A stretch of 56,280 nucleotides of DNA from Anaerolineae bacterium (GTDB taxonomy: Bacteria > Chloroflexota > Anaerolineae > UBA4142). Both the position numbers and the translations under genes were made by a program. The notes under the pieces are model-generated. The model was not told the DNA's origin, made no database searches, and saw only the letters and a program-made list of their open reading frames with translations. Of the stretch, positions 1 through 9,804 are shown in pieces. The stretch's first letter is position 1, and each line of letters starts with the position of its first letter. The stretch lies in the NCBI GenBank assembly GCA_034435315.1, contig DAOTYB010000071.1:1-56280 (forward strand), read 5' to 3'.

Positions 1-186
1 GCGTCAACTTAAGGCTGGTACTTGCTCCATTCCCCGCTCCTCCTTCGCCTGAATTTGGGAGAGGGGAGGGTTGTAATGCGGCATTCCCCGCTTAAGTTGA
101 CGCGTATGGGGGGCAGGGGGTGGGGCTATGCGTTTGCACAAGTGCAAAACGTGGGCTGAGAAACTTGTCCCCAAACTGAAATACAT
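1..186. repeat. Composite intergenic repeat. It has a 13-nt inverted repeat GCGTCAACTTAAG (1-13 / 91-103) and a reverse-orientation copy of repeat family R2 (AAACTGAAAT...GCAAAAGTGCAAAAGGTGGGCTGAGAA).
   Basis: The reverse complement of 105-185 matches 20334-20410 and 42648-42715 with few mismatches. The window starts inside the element. Confidence 0.7.
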
Positions 187-224
187 CTCAAAAGGCAAAA
201 GGAAAAGGTGAGGTGAGAGTCTTA

Positions 225-253
225 TTGCCTGAATTGCCGCTTTGGCGTATAAT
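225..253 (+). promoter_or_regulatory. Candidate sigma70-type promoter: TTGCCT, 17-nt spacer, TATAAT.
   Basis: The -35 box is at 225-230 and the -10 box at 248-253. It lies about 180 nt upstream of the 432 start. This is a sequence match only. Confidence 0.3.
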
Positions 254-431
254 AAATCTAGCGAGATGTTGCATCCTGAGAGAGTCTTGGGCAACACTGT
301 CTTCGCTCTGTATCAAATGCGTTCCCCGCGCAGATGAGAAAGAAAGTGTGGCGTTCTTATGCGCGCCTATGTCTGACTCGTCCAGGTTTTGTGCTCGCGC
401 GTAGAACAACTTTTTCCGGTGGAGAGAAAAA

Positions 432-3173
432 ATGGACAGGCTAATGAATCCAACTATGACATCGTTATTCGATCCATCGCACGATGTGTATCGTTATGAA
501 CCGCGTGCTCTAGATGCCATCTTCAAGCCCAGGAACGTTGCTGTGATTGGTGCAACGGAAACGGCAGGTTCGGTCGGACGCACGGTTTTGTGGAATTTGA
601 TTAGCAATCCCTTCGGGGGCACGGTCTTCCCGGTCAACCCAAAGCGTTCTGGCGTTCTAGGAATCAAAGCCTATCCTACCATCAAGGACGTGCCGGAAAA
701 AATTGATCTGGCTGTTGTTGTAACTCCGCCTCTCACCGTACCGGGTATCATCAAAGATTGTGTGGAGATAGGCGTGCCGGGGGCGATCATTATCACCGCC
801 GGCTTTAAAGAAATCGGTCCTGAAGGTGCCGCGCTGGAGAATCAGATTCTCGAGATCGCGCGCGGGGGAAATTTGCGCATCATCGGTCCGAATTGTTTGG
901 GCGTGATGAGTACGGTGAGCGGATTGAATGCCACTTTTGCCGCAGGAATGGCACGCGCGGGACAGGTGGGCTTTATCAGTCAAAGCGGCGCTTTGTGCAC
1001 AGCGATTCTGGACTGGAGTTTTGAAGAGAACGTCGGTTTTTCACACTTTATTTCGATTGGCTCGATGCTGGACGTGGATTGGGGTGATTTGATTTACTAT
1101 CTTGGCGATGACCCGCACACGCAAAGCATCGTGATGTATATGGAGACGATTGGCAACGCGCGTTCGTTCTTATCGGCTGCGCGCGAGGTCGCGCAGGTCA
1201 AACCGATTATCATCATCAAGCCCGGGCGTACCGAAGCCGCTGCCAAAGCCGCTGCGTCACACACAGGATCGCTGACGGGTAGCGATGAAGTACTCGATGT
1301 CGCGTTCAAACGTTCGGGTGTGTTGCGTGTCAACAGCATTGGCGATCTGTTCGCGATGGCAGAGGTACTGGCCAAGCAACCGCGTCCCAAAGGTCCGCGT
1401 TTGACGATTATCACCAACGCTGGTGGACCAGGCGTGCTCGCTGCAGATGCTCTGTTGACGAGTGGTGGTGAATTGACACCACTGTCCGAAGAAACGCTTC
1501 AGGCGTTCAACGCCTTTTTGCCTCCGGTGTGGAGTCATAACAATCCTGTGGACATTATCGGTGATGCGACACCAGAACGCTATGCCAGAGCGCTAGAGAC
1601 GGCGGCACAGGATCCGAATAGCGATGGTATTCTCGTCATTTTGACACCACAAGCGATGACCGATCCGACCGCCACCGCAGAAAAATTGAAACCCTATGCT
1701 ACGCGTACCGATAAACCGATTCTTGCCAGTTGGATGGGAGGCAAAGAGGTCGCAGCAGGAATTTCGATTCTCAATCACGCCAGTATTCCAAGTTTTGAAT
1801 ATCCGGACGATGCGGTACGAATGTTTAGTTATATGTGGCAGTATTCGCAAAACCTGCGCAGTTTGTACGAGACACCGACCTTGTCTCCCCATTGGCGCGG
1901 TGATGGTGCTGCCTCGTCATTCGAACAAGCGGAACGCATCCTCGCGTCGGTGCGCAGCGCGGGGCGTACGCTCCTCACCGAGGTCGAGTCGAAACAACTT
2001 TTGGCGGCGTATCACATTCCTACGGTCGAAACGCGCGTGGCGAGAGATGTGGCAGAAGCTGTCCAGCATGCCGACGCCATTGGCTATCCGGTTGTGCTCA
2101 AACTGTACTCGGAAACGATTACCCACAAGACCGATGTAGGTGGCGTGGTTTTGAATCTAAGAGATGCCACCGCTGTCCGACAGGCGTTCGAGAGCATCAA
2201 GGCGTCGGTGAGCGAAAAAGTTGGCGCGCAACATTTTCAAGGTGTGACCGTTCAGCCGATGATCAAACTCGATGGTTATGAGTTGATTTTGGGGAGCACG
2301 GTGGATGCACAATTCGGTCCGGTGCTTTTGTTCGGCACAGGTGGACAATTGGTCGAAGTGTTCCGCGACAGCGCGCTCGGTCTGCCGCCACTTACGACCA
2401 CACTGGCGCGTCGAATGATTGAGCAAACGAAAATTTACAAGGCACTCAAAGGTGTGCGCGGGCGTCCGCCGATTGATCTGACAGCGCTTGAAACGTTGAT
2501 GGTGCAATTCAGCCTGCTGGTCGCCGAGCATCGCTGGATCAAGGAAATTGACATCAATCCTCTGCTCGCTTCACCCGAGCGTCTCATCGCGCTCGACGCG
2601 CGCGTGGTTCTGTACGATCCGCACACGCCCGAAGAGGCATTACCACAACTTGCCATTCGCCCCTATCCGGTGCAGTACGTCAAAGTGGTTCAGGGCAAAG
2701 ATAACGTCGCGCTGACGTTGCGCCCGATTCGTCCCGAAGACGAACCGCTCATCCGTCGGTTTCACGAGACCCTTTCGGATCGTAGCGTGTATCTGCGCTA
2801 CTTTAGTCCACTCATCTTATCCCAGCGTGTCACCCACGAGCGTCTGGCGCGCGTCTGCTTTGCTGATTACAATCGCGAGATTCCCATCGTGCTTGAACGC
2901 GAAGGACAAATCATTGCCGTCAGTCGTCTCAGTCGGTTGCATCAACCCAACACGGCACGCTTTACGATGCTGGTCAGTGATCGTTTCCAGGGGCAGGGCC
3001 TGGGCAATCTGCTGATGCAACACATTCTGGAGATTGCGCGCGCGGAAAAGATTACGCGGGTGGTCGCGCATATCCTCGCCGAGAACATGACGATGCAACG
3101 GTTGTGTCAGAAATACGGTTTTACTATCGTGCCGCTGGAAAAAGGAATTGTCAGAGCAGAGATACAACTCTAG
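432..3173 (+). CDS. Bifunctional ADP-forming acyl-CoA synthetase family / GNAT N-acetyltransferase (Pat/PatZ-type protein acetyltransferase architecture).
   Basis: 913-aa ORF. It has an N-terminal CoA-binding/ligase region ([23 protein letters not shown]), a central ATP-grasp region, and a C-terminal GNAT with QGQGLGNLL. Confidence 0.85.
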   Translation: MDRLMNPTMTSLFDPSHDVYRYEPRALDAIFKPRNVAVIGATETAGSVGRTVLWNLISNPFGGTVFPVNPKRSGVLGIKAYPTIKDVPEKIDLAVVVTPPLTVPGIIKDCVEIGVPGAIIITAGFKEIGPEGAALENQILEIARGGNLRIIGPNCLGVMSTVSGLNATFAAGMARAGQVGFISQSGALCTAILDWSFEENVGFSHFISIGSMLDVDWGDLIYYLGDDPHTQSIVMYMETIGNARSFLSAAREVAQVKPIIIIKPGRTEAAAKAAASHTGSLTGSDEVLDVAFKRSGVLRVNSIGDLFAMAEVLAKQPRPKGPRLTIITNAGGPGVLAADALLTSGGELTPLSEETLQAFNAFLPPVWSHNNPVDIIGDATPERYARALETAAQDPNSDGILVILTPQAMTDPTATAEKLKPYATRTDKPILASWMGGKEVAAGISILNHASIPSFEYPDDAVRMFSYMWQYSQNLRSLYETPTLSPHWRGDGAASSFEQAERILASVRSAGRTLLTEVESKQLLAAYHIPTVETRVARDVAEAVQHADAIGYPVVLKLYSETITHKTDVGGVVLNLRDATAVRQAFESIKASVSEKVGAQHFQGVTVQPMIKLDGYELILGSTVDAQFGPVLLFGTGGQLVEVFRDSALGLPPLTTTLARRMIEQTKIYKALKGVRGRPPIDLTALETLMVQFSLLVAEHRWIKEIDINPLLASPERLIALDARVVLYDPHTPEEALPQLAIRPYPVQYVKVVQGKDNVALTLRPIRPEDEPLIRRFHETLSDRSVYLRYFSPLILSQRVTHERLARVCFADYNREIPIVLEREGQIIAVSRLSRLHQPNTARFTMLVSDRFQGQGLGNLLMQHILEIARAEKITRVVAHILAENMTMQRLCQKYGFTIVPLEKGIVRAEIQL

Positions 3174-3202
3174 AGCGGTACGATGGTGTACGGAGGCTAC
3201 GA

Positions 3203-4174
3203 ATGGAATATACTCATCTGGGACGCACCGGGTTGTTGGTCAGTCGCTTGTGTTTGGGGACGATGAATTTTGGTCCTCACACCAGCGAACCGGATGCTTT
3301 TGTGATAATGGACAAGGCGTTGGAAGTGGGGATCAACTTTTTTGACACCGCCAACGTGTACGGACGCAAAAAGGGTGAAGGTATCACAGAGCAGATCATC
3401 GGACGCTGGTTTGCACAAGGTGGCAAGCGTCGCGAACGTGTCGTTCTGGCCACCAAGGTGTACGGTGGGATGGGAGATTGGCCCAACGAATCGAAATTAT
3501 CCGCGCTGCACATTCGGCGTGCCTGTGAAGATAGTTTGCGTCGCCTGCAAACCGATTATATTGACCTCTACCAGATGCATCATATTGATCGCGCCACACC
3601 GTGGGAGGAAATCTGGCAGGCGATGGAGGTGTTGATTCAACAGGGCAAGGTGATTTATGTAGGGAGTAGCAATTTTGCCGGCTGGCACATTGCACAGGCA
3701 AATGAAGCCGCGCGGCGGCGCAATTTGATGGGGCTGGTCTCGGAGCAAAGTTTGTACAATCTGACGGCGCGCACGATCGAGTTAGAAGTGATTCCCGCGT
3801 GTCGCGCGTATGGGATGGGGCTATTGCCATGGAGTCCGCTGGGCGGTGGGATGCTTGGCGGCGCGCTGACTCGAGCGATGGCAGGACGTCGCGCCGAGGA
3901 ACCGCGTCTTCAAGCCATCGAAAAATTCCGTCCCCAGTTGGAACGGTACGAAGCGTTGTGTCGCGAAATGGGAGAGAAACCTGCCCATGTAGCCCTCGCC
4001 TGGCTTTTGCGCAATCCTGTAGTGACTGCTCCCATCATCGGTCCGCGTACGCTGGAGCAACTGACCGATTCGTTGCGCGCTATCGAACTGAAATTGCCAG
4101 ACGACTTTGTGCAACGGCTTGAGCAGATTTTCCCAGGACCCGGCGGCGAAGCCCCCGAAGCGTATGCATGGTAA
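3203..4174 (+). CDS. Aldo/keto reductase.
   Basis: MEYTHLGRTGLLVSRLCLGTMNFG and FFDTANVYG motifs. I chose ATG 3203 rather than the ORF-track start at 3104, which overlaps the upstream gene. Confidence 0.85.
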   Translation: MEYTHLGRTGLLVSRLCLGTMNFGPHTSEPDAFVIMDKALEVGINFFDTANVYGRKKGEGITEQIIGRWFAQGGKRRERVVLATKVYGGMGDWPNESKLSALHIRRACEDSLRRLQTDYIDLYQMHHIDRATPWEEIWQAMEVLIQQGKVIYVGSSNFAGWHIAQANEAARRRNLMGLVSEQSLYNLTARTIELEVIPACRAYGMGLLPWSPLGGGMLGGALTRAMAGRRAEEPRLQAIEKFRPQLERYEALCREMGEKPAHVALAWLLRNPVVTAPIIGPRTLEQLTDSLRAIELKLPDDFVQRLEQIFPGPGGEAPEAYAW

Positions 4175-4180
4175 GAGACT

Positions 4181-4459
4181 ATGGCGTACCGCATTACCAA
4201 TGCCTGTACTGCGTGCGGCAAATGTATCAACCGCTGTCCCTGTAACGCCATCTACGTCACGCCGACCGAGGTGTATGCGATTGAGCCGAGTCGTTGTAGC
4301 GAATGTATTGATGTAGCCAAGCCGCGTTGTCGCGCTGTGTGCGCGGCACGGGCCATCGAACTTGATGCGGCGTGTCGCGAGACGCCCGAGGCGTTGTGGG
4401 CAAAACACCGCGTCGCGCGCACGGTGCGGGGACGTACGACGGTTCGCACTACACAATGA
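4181..4459 (+). CDS. 4Fe-4S dicluster ferredoxin (YfhL-like spacing).
   Basis: CTACGKCINRCP (CxxCxxCxxxCP) plus CSEC-x7-C-xxx-C. Confidence 0.7.
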   Translation: MAYRITNACTACGKCINRCPCNAIYVTPTEVYAIEPSRCSECIDVAKPRCRAVCAARAIELDAACRETPEALWAKHRVARTVRGRTTVRTTQ

Positions 4460-4479
4460 GCATTGTGCGTACAGAACAA

Positions 4480-4510
4480 AACCGGGTTGGCTTGTGCAAC
4501 CCGGTTTTGC
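4480..4510 (+). terminator. Rho-independent terminator.
   Basis: AACCGGGTTG / CAACCCGGTT stem followed by TTTTGCTTTT. It lies between the ferredoxin gene and the 3' end of selC. Confidence 0.6.
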
Positions 4511-4518
4511 TTTTGGAA

Positions 4519-4611
4519 CGGGAGTGGATGGGAGTCGAACCCACCAGAGCCGTATCAACGCCTCTCAGCGGTTTTGAAGACCGTGGACCTCACCGGAGAT
4601 CACCCACCCCC
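4519..4611 (-). tRNA. selC: tRNA-Sec (anticodon UCA).
   Basis: Hand folding gives an 8-bp acceptor stem (GGGGGTGG/CCACTCCC with one G-U) and a 6-bp D stem with a 4-nt loop (GATCTC-CGGT-GAGGTC). The anticodon loop is CTTCAAA. There is a long variable arm and a 5-bp T stem with GGTTCGACTCC (8/5 architecture). It shares TCTCCGGTGAGG with E. coli selC. CCA is not encoded. Confidence 0.85.
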
Positions 4612-4682
4612 ACATCAGTGGAAATATGCGCTCCTAATGGACTAGAATCTAACACGAGTAAAGGGAATTGTCAAAATAACAT

Positions 4683-5699
4683 TTATTTCAATCCACTCTT
4701 CAGCACTTGCCAATACGCCTTGACGCGCTGTGCCCGCAGGGCGCGCTTGTGCCCCACCAGCCATTTTGCCGCTTCCTCGGCGATTTGGTACGCAAACATT
4801 GCAAGCAGAAACGCGCGCACGATTTCCGCGACGAACGCGCCGCGCGTCTTGCGGAAAAATTGCACCTTGCTCGAATGAAAATACCTATCACGCTGGGCAA
4901 CCACTTGTTCCGACGATTTGCCTTCGTAGTGAATCACACGTGCGGTCGGCAAATAAACGACCTGCCATCCCGCCTGTTTAGCACGATAGCACCAGTCGAG
5001 TTCTTCCGAGTACATAAAGAACGCTTCGTCCAGGCCGCCGATTTGTTCGTACACCGCGCGGCGCACGAACATTGCCGCGCCGGTGATCCAATCCACCTCT
5101 TGCGTCGCGTCGTCGGGCGTATCGAGCATATAGTAGCGCGCGAGCACGCGGTTGCGTGGAAACCACTGTTGTAGTTTGGTGGATTCAAGGAAGGCGGTCG
5201 CTAGCGTGGGAAAGCGCCGACGCGAGGATTGTCGCGTGCCATCGCCGTAAAACAATTGCGGACCGAGGATGCCGACGCGTGGATGCGCTTCGGCGTACTC
5301 GTACAAAAGGCGTAGCGCGTCGGGATGCAGTTCGGTGTCTGGGTTGAGCAGAAAAAAATAACGCCCTTGCGCAAGGGCGAGGGCTTGATTGTTCGCGCGC
5401 GTAAAGCCAGCGTTTTCACTGTTCGTAATCACGCGCACGTCTGGAAATTCTGCGCGAAGCATCTCCACCGTGCCATCGCGAGAAGCATTGTCCACGACGA
5501 TGATCTCAGTGTTCAGTGGACGGTGTTCAGTATTCAGTGGGCTGTGTTCAATGTTCCGTGAGCTGTCCGTTGCCTGAACACTGCACACTGAATCCTGACT
5601 ACTGAATACCGAAGACTGACTACTGACTACTGACGCTAGACACTGTCGCAGCAACTCGCGCACGTTCCAACTGACAATGATAATCGAAATGTCCAGCAT
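4683..5699 (-). CDS. Family 2 glycosyltransferase carrying a repeat-derived in-frame insert.
   Basis: ISIIIVSWN...EIIVVDNASRDGT GT-A motifs. I prefer the start at ATG 5699 (MLDISIII). The ORF-track start at 5738 lies inside a tandem repeat. Confidence 0.8.
   Translation of the reverse strand: MLDISIIIVSWNVRELLRQCLASVVSSQSSVFSSQDSVCSVQATDSSRNIEHSPLNTEHRPLNTEIIVVDNASRDGTVEMLRAEFPDVRVITNSENAGFTRANNQALALAQGRYFFLLNPDTELHPDALRLLYEYAEAHPRVGILGPQLFYGDGTRQSSRRRFPTLATAFLESTKLQQWFPRNRVLARYYMLDTPDDATQEVDWITGAAMFVRRAVYEQIGGLDEAFFMYSEELDWCYRAKQAGWQVVYLPTARVIHYEGKSSEQVVAQRDRYFHSSKVQFFRKTRGAFVAEIVRAFLLAMFAYQIAEEAAKWLVGHKRALRAQRVKAYWQVLKSGLK
5505..5635. repeat. Imperfect palindromic repeat (octamer units TGTTCAGT / ACTGAATA) lying inside the GT2 coding sequence.
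   Basis: Left arm GTGTTCAGTATTCAGT and right arm CTGAACACTGCACACTGAAT...ACTGAATACC. It is translated as SSQSSVFSSQ...EHSPLNTEHRPLNTE. The same family is present at 27268-27362. Confidence 0.8.
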
Positions 5700-5700
5700 C

Positions 5701-5779
5701 TGAACAAATGAACAAATGACAAATGAGCAAATGAACAAATGGTTTGGCTCATTGGCACATTGGATAATTGGCTCATTGC
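5701..5779. repeat. Short-period tandem arrays: (TGAACAAA)n followed by GGCTCATTGGCACATTGGATAATTGGCTCATTG.
   Basis: Five or so octamers, then a 34-nt block that is nearly identical to 9920-9954. Confidence 0.8.
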
Positions 5780-5786
5780 CCTGGGA

Positions 5787-6737
5787 TTACAACGTACGCT
5801 CGACTACATAGTCGGCAAGTTCGATGAGGGAGCGGCGATACACGTTATCGGGAAAGATGGCCAGCGCGTCGCGCGCGCATTGTGCCGCGCGCTGGGCTTC
5901 GGCTCTGGCAGCGGCAATGGCGGGCGACTGACGAATCGCCTCGATGAGTTGTTCGACGTGGGTCGTCAACAGTTCACCCACGGGCTGATCACGTGCCACT
6001 TCTTCGAGGTAATAAAAAACCGGCAACGTGAATGTGCCTTGACGCAGATCGCTGCCGACCGGTTTGCCGAGTTCTTTTTCGTCGGCGGTGAAATCGAGAA
6101 TGTCATCTACCATTTGAAACGCCATTCCCAGATGGCGTCCGTACGCTTTGAGCGCGGCGATTTGATTTTCGGGCGCGCCGCTGAGGATGGCGCCCCCTTC
6201 GGTCGCCGCGATGAAGAGCGAGGCGGTTTTACTTTCGATGTGCTGGTAGTACTCGTGGCGATTGGGGGGCCAATGGGCGCGCGCAAAATCCTGACGAATC
6301 TCGCCTTCACAAATTGTCATCAACGTTCGCGCAAAGAGGCGCATCACGCGAGAATTGTCGAGACCAGCGGCAATGTCGGCGGCGCGCGCCAGCAGAAAAT
6401 CACCGGCGAGAACAGTCGCCGTGCCGCTCCAGCGCGAGTTGATGGTCGGATTGCCTCGGCGGGTGGGGGACCGATCAATCAAATCATCGTGAATGAGCGT
6501 CGCGGCATGGACCAGTTCTGTCGCCGTCGCCAGCGCGTACATTTTTTCAGGATCGGTCGGATGAAACTTGGTGGCGAGCAGAGCGAGCGCAGGACGAATG
6601 CGTTTGCCACCACTGCCGATCAACATCTCGAAAATATCGGCAAGCGGGAGATATTCCACGCGCACTGCCTGGCGCAGGCGCGTTTCCACTTGAGCCAGTT
6701 CTTCTTGAATGGGTGCAAAGATTTGTTGAATGTTCAC
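5787..6737 (-). CDS. Polyprenyl diphosphate synthase (trans-isoprenyl, long-chain type).
   Basis: LIHDDLIDRSPTRRG and QMVDDILDF aspartate-rich motifs. Confidence 0.85.
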   Translation of the reverse strand: MNIQQIFAPIQEELAQVETRLRQAVRVEYLPLADIFEMLIGSGGKRIRPALALLATKFHPTDPEKMYALATATELVHAATLIHDDLIDRSPTRRGNPTINSRWSGTATVLAGDFLLARAADIAAGLDNSRVMRLFARTLMTICEGEIRQDFARAHWPPNRHEYYQHIESKTASLFIAATEGGAILSGAPENQIAALKAYGRHLGMAFQMVDDILDFTADEKELGKPVGSDLRQGTFTLPVFYYLEEVARDQPVGELLTTHVEQLIEAIRQSPAIAAARAEAQRAAQCARDALAIFPDNVYRRSLIELADYVVERTL

Positions 6738-7513
6738 AACCCTTCACCTATGCTGGACAAGCCAAAGAGGGCTTGACAATTTTTCGTGGTCACTCGGGCA
6801 ATCGTTGCCACATCGGTCTGTTGCAGTTCCGCGATTTTCGTGGCGATGTGAACAAGGTACGCCGGTTCGTTTCGTCTGCCGCGCAGCGGCGAAAGGTACG
6901 GCGCATCAGTTTCGATGACGATATGCTCGCACGGCACTGCTGCTGCCACCGCACGCACGCGCGGCGCGTTCTTGAATGTGACAGTGCCAGAAAACGACAG
7001 CGTGTATCCCAGCGCGATGGCTTCTTGTGCCATCGCCACATCGCCAGAGAAACTGTGCAAAATGCCGCGCGGTTTAAAGGCGTGTTCGCGCAAGATGCGC
7101 ATCAGCGCGGCGTGCGCGTCGCGCTGATGAATCACCACCGGTTTTCCGAGTTCGGCGGCTAAAGCCAGATGCGCGCGAAAAACGCGCTCTTGCAATTCGC
7201 ACGGTGCACCATCGGCGTAGTGAAAATCCAGCCCCGTCTCGCCGATGCCCACGACGCGCGGATGCATTGCCAACTCGCGGATGCGCGCAAAAGTTTCCGT
7301 GTTAAAAGTTTCGGCGTGATGTGGATGGATCCCAACGATAGCGTAAACACCGGGATAGCGTTCTGCAAGTGCCACGACCGCGCGGCTCGAGGCAACATCC
7401 GTGCCCGCCGTAATCAGCGCGCCCACATTATTGGCTTGCGCGCGCGCCAGCACCGCGTCTAGATCGCTGGCAAATTGTTCATCGTCGAGATGGCAATGCG
7501 CGTCAACCCACAT
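6734..7513 (-). CDS. tatD: TatD family metal-dependent hydrolase.
   Basis: MWVDAHCHLDD start and TatD-like length. It has a 4-nt overlap with the downstream gene. Confidence 0.85.
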   Translation of the reverse strand: MWVDAHCHLDDEQFASDLDAVLARAQANNVGALITAGTDVASSRAVVALAERYPGVYAIVGIHPHHAETFNTETFARIRELAMHPRVVGIGETGLDFHYADGAPCELQERVFRAHLALAAELGKPVVIHQRDAHAALMRILREHAFKPRGILHSFSGDVAMAQEAIALGYTLSFSGTVTFKNAPRVRAVAAAVPCEHIVIETDAPYLSPLRGRRNEPAYLVHIATKIAELQQTDVATIARVTTKNCQALFGLSSIGEGL

Positions 7514-7519
7514 CGGATT

Positions 7520-8368
7520 CTACTTGGGCGCCAGCCACGCGAGTCCCACTACGCCCGGTCCCACGTGCGTCCCCGAAACCGGTCCCGTCTCGGCAATCGT
7601 CACCTGCCCATTCGGGATGTGAGACATCACCATATACTTGAGTCGGCGCGCCAGCACCTCCGCGTAGCAATGCACCACTGCCATTTCTTGATTCAAGCCA
7701 TATTCCAGCGCAATCTCCACAAGGCGTTCTAGTGCCTGTTGCTGCGTGCGCGCTGCGCCCAGCGGGAGCACTTCGCCGCGCGAGAGAGCGAGGAGCGGCT
7801 TGACGTTGAGCATCGTGCCCACCATTCCCGCCGCCTTACCGAGTCGGCCACTGCGCTGCGCGTACTGCAACGAATCGAGCATCGCGATCAGGCGCGGACG
7901 TTCGCGCAGCGATTCGACGAGTTCCAGGATTTCGGTCAGCGTGGCGCCGCGCGCCGCCGCGCGCGCCGCGTGAATGACCAGCCACCCTTGCGCCATACTC
8001 AATTGCTGCGAGTCCACAACCTCGATCATCACTGGTGTATCTTGCCTGACGTTCTGCGCGGCAAGGCGCGCCGAATTAAACGTGCCGCTCAACGTACTCG
8101 CCACGTGAATCGAAACGATCTGGCGCGTGGTGCGCGCAAGTTGGCGATACACCTCCTCGAACATACCCACCGGCGGATTCGATGTGGTGGGCGGTTTAGG
8201 AATATTTGCAATCAGACGATAAAAACCTTCCGTATCCAGATCTAACTTGTCGCGATAGGTTTTACCGCCAACCTGAACAAGGCACGGAACGATGGTAATG
8301 TCCAGCCCTTGCATCAGTGCGGGAGGAAGATCCGCCAGACTGTCAGTGACGATTTTAACGTTTGCCAT
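7520..8368 (-). CDS. DegV family fatty-acid-binding protein.
   Basis: The N-terminus IVTDSLADLP...ITIVPCLV and the overall pattern are typical of DegV. Confidence 0.8.
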   Translation of the reverse strand: MANVKIVTDSLADLPPALMQGLDITIVPCLVQVGGKTYRDKLDLDTEGFYRLIANIPKPPTTSNPPVGMFEEVYRQLARTTRQIVSIHVASTLSGTFNSARLAAQNVRQDTPVMIEVVDSQQLSMAQGWLVIHAARAAARGATLTEILELVESLRERPRLIAMLDSLQYAQRSGRLGKAAGMVGTMLNVKPLLALSRGEVLPLGAARTQQQALERLVEIALEYGLNQEMAVVHCYAEVLARRLKYMVMSHIPNGQVTIAETGPVSGTHVGPGVVGLAWLAPK

Positions 8369-9791
8369 AGTCTTTCAAACCTGCCAGTTTCAAGCCCGCG
8401 TCCAGAATATCATGACGCTTGTGCTCGAGAGTAGTCTCCACGTAGAACCGCATAATCGGTTCCGTGCCCGAAAAGCGAATCACCAGCCAACCGCCATCGG
8501 CGAGCAAGTACTTGAATCCATCCAGCGTGTTGATGCCGATCACGCGAACGCCGGCAATCTCACTCGGTTGCGCGCTCTGCAAGCGCGCCAGAATCTCGCC
8601 ACGTTTTTCCTCCGGGAAGGTCGTGTCAATGCGTTCGTAGTAATGCGGTCCCACCAAATCGAAAAGATGCTCGATGAGTTGCGAGGGCGTCTTGTTGGTC
8701 TGCACCACGAAATCGAGCAGATACAACCCGGCGACGATGCCATCGCGTTCGGGAATGTGACCTTGAAACGCATAGCCGCCCGATTCTTCACCGCCGATGA
8801 GCGCGTGGGTCTCGACCATTTTCGGCGCGACGTACTTAAAGCCCACGCCGGTCTCGTACAGCGGCACGTTAAAACGCCGGGCAAGTTTGTCGAGCATCAC
8901 GGTGGTGTTGAGTGTGCGCACAATCGCGCCCCGTTGTCCGCGCACCTCTAGCAAGTACAACGCGAGCAACGCGTACATTTGCAACTGGTGGATAAAGACG
9001 CCTTTTTCCGTCGCGCCACCGATGCGATCCGCGTCGCCATCGGTCGCGATGCCCAGATGCGCGCGTTCGCGCTTGACCAGTTCCAACAAACCGTTGACGT
9101 TCGGCGGGATCGGTTCGGGGTTGTTCATCTCTGGAAAGAGGGGATTGCGCTGGTCGTGAATCTCGACGACGCGCGTGGTGCCGCCAGCGAGCAAACTCTT
9201 GAACCAGCCCATTCCCGCGCCCCACATCGAATCAATGGCAAGAGTCAAGCCCGATTCGCGCAGCGGCGTCAGGGAGACAAGTCGTTCGAGTTGTTCCAGA
9301 TACGCTGGCTTGGGATCAAAAATTTCGACGAGTCCTTGCTCGCGCGCGCTATCAAAGGGGACGCGCTTGATTTCTTCGGGTGGCGGAATCAGCGACTCGA
9401 TGTGTTTCAAACCTTCGGGCGCAATCGCGCCCGCGTAATCGGCGCGCACCTTAAAGCCGCCCCAGATAGGTGGATTGTGCGACGAGGTGATGTTGACCGC
9501 GCCGTGTGCCTTTTTGGCAAGAATGGCATAGGAGATGACCGGCGTGGGCGTCGGGCGATCCACCAGATACACCTTGATTCCGTGCGCGGCAATCACTTCG
9601 GCGACGGCTTGCGCGAACAAGTCGGAGGCAAAGCGCGTGTCATAGCCGATGACCAAGCCGCGCGTCGTCTGGTTCGTCGCGATGAGATAGCGCGCCATTC
9701 CCATCGCACAGCGACGTACATTCTCAAACGTAAAATCTTCGGCGATAACTCCACGCCACCCGTCTGTACCAAAAACGATCTTTGTCAGCAT
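8355..9791 (-). CDS. Phosphomannomutase/phosphoglucomutase (alpha-D-phosphohexomutase).
   Basis: GTDGWRG, TSSHNPP (active-site Ser loop) and ATDGDADR (metal loop). A GGAGAGG ribosome-binding site sits upstream. Confidence 0.85.
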   Translation of the reverse strand: MLTKIVFGTDGWRGVIAEDFTFENVRRCAMGMARYLIATNQTTRGLVIGYDTRFASDLFAQAVAEVIAAHGIKVYLVDRPTPTPVISYAILAKKAHGAVNITSSHNPPIWGGFKVRADYAGAIAPEGLKHIESLIPPPEEIKRVPFDSAREQGLVEIFDPKPAYLEQLERLVSLTPLRESGLTLAIDSMWGAGMGWFKSLLAGGTTRVVEIHDQRNPLFPEMNNPEPIPPNVNGLLELVKRERAHLGIATDGDADRIGGATEKGVFIHQLQMYALLALYLLEVRGQRGAIVRTLNTTVMLDKLARRFNVPLYETGVGFKYVAPKMVETHALIGGEESGGYAFQGHIPERDGIVAGLYLLDFVVQTNKTPSQLIEHLFDLVGPHYYERIDTTFPEEKRGEILARLQSAQPSEIAGVRVIGINTLDGFKYLLADGGWLVIRFSGTEPIMRFYVETTLEHKRHDILDAGLKLAGLKDYGKR

Positions 9792-9804
9792 CCTCTCCTC
9801 AAGT

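Noticed and set aside
254-431. A possible riboswitch or leader in the ~180-nt region upstream of the Pat-like gene.
   Set aside because: I could not recognise any known riboswitch consensus, only weak local complementarity.
3104-3202. The ORF-track start for the aldo-keto reductase, which overlaps the Pat-like gene by 70 nt.
   Set aside because: The conserved AKR N-terminus (MEYTHLGRTG) begins at ATG 3203. The upstream 33 codons are unconserved and overlap the preceding CDS.
4612-4700. A genomic-island junction at selC.
   Set aside because: No integrase is present, no duplicated tRNA 3' segment is visible, and the neighbouring genes are ordinary envelope or housekeeping genes.
4372-4878. 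168-aa ORF spanning the selC region.
   Set aside because: It covers a tRNA gene and a terminator and has no protein motifs.
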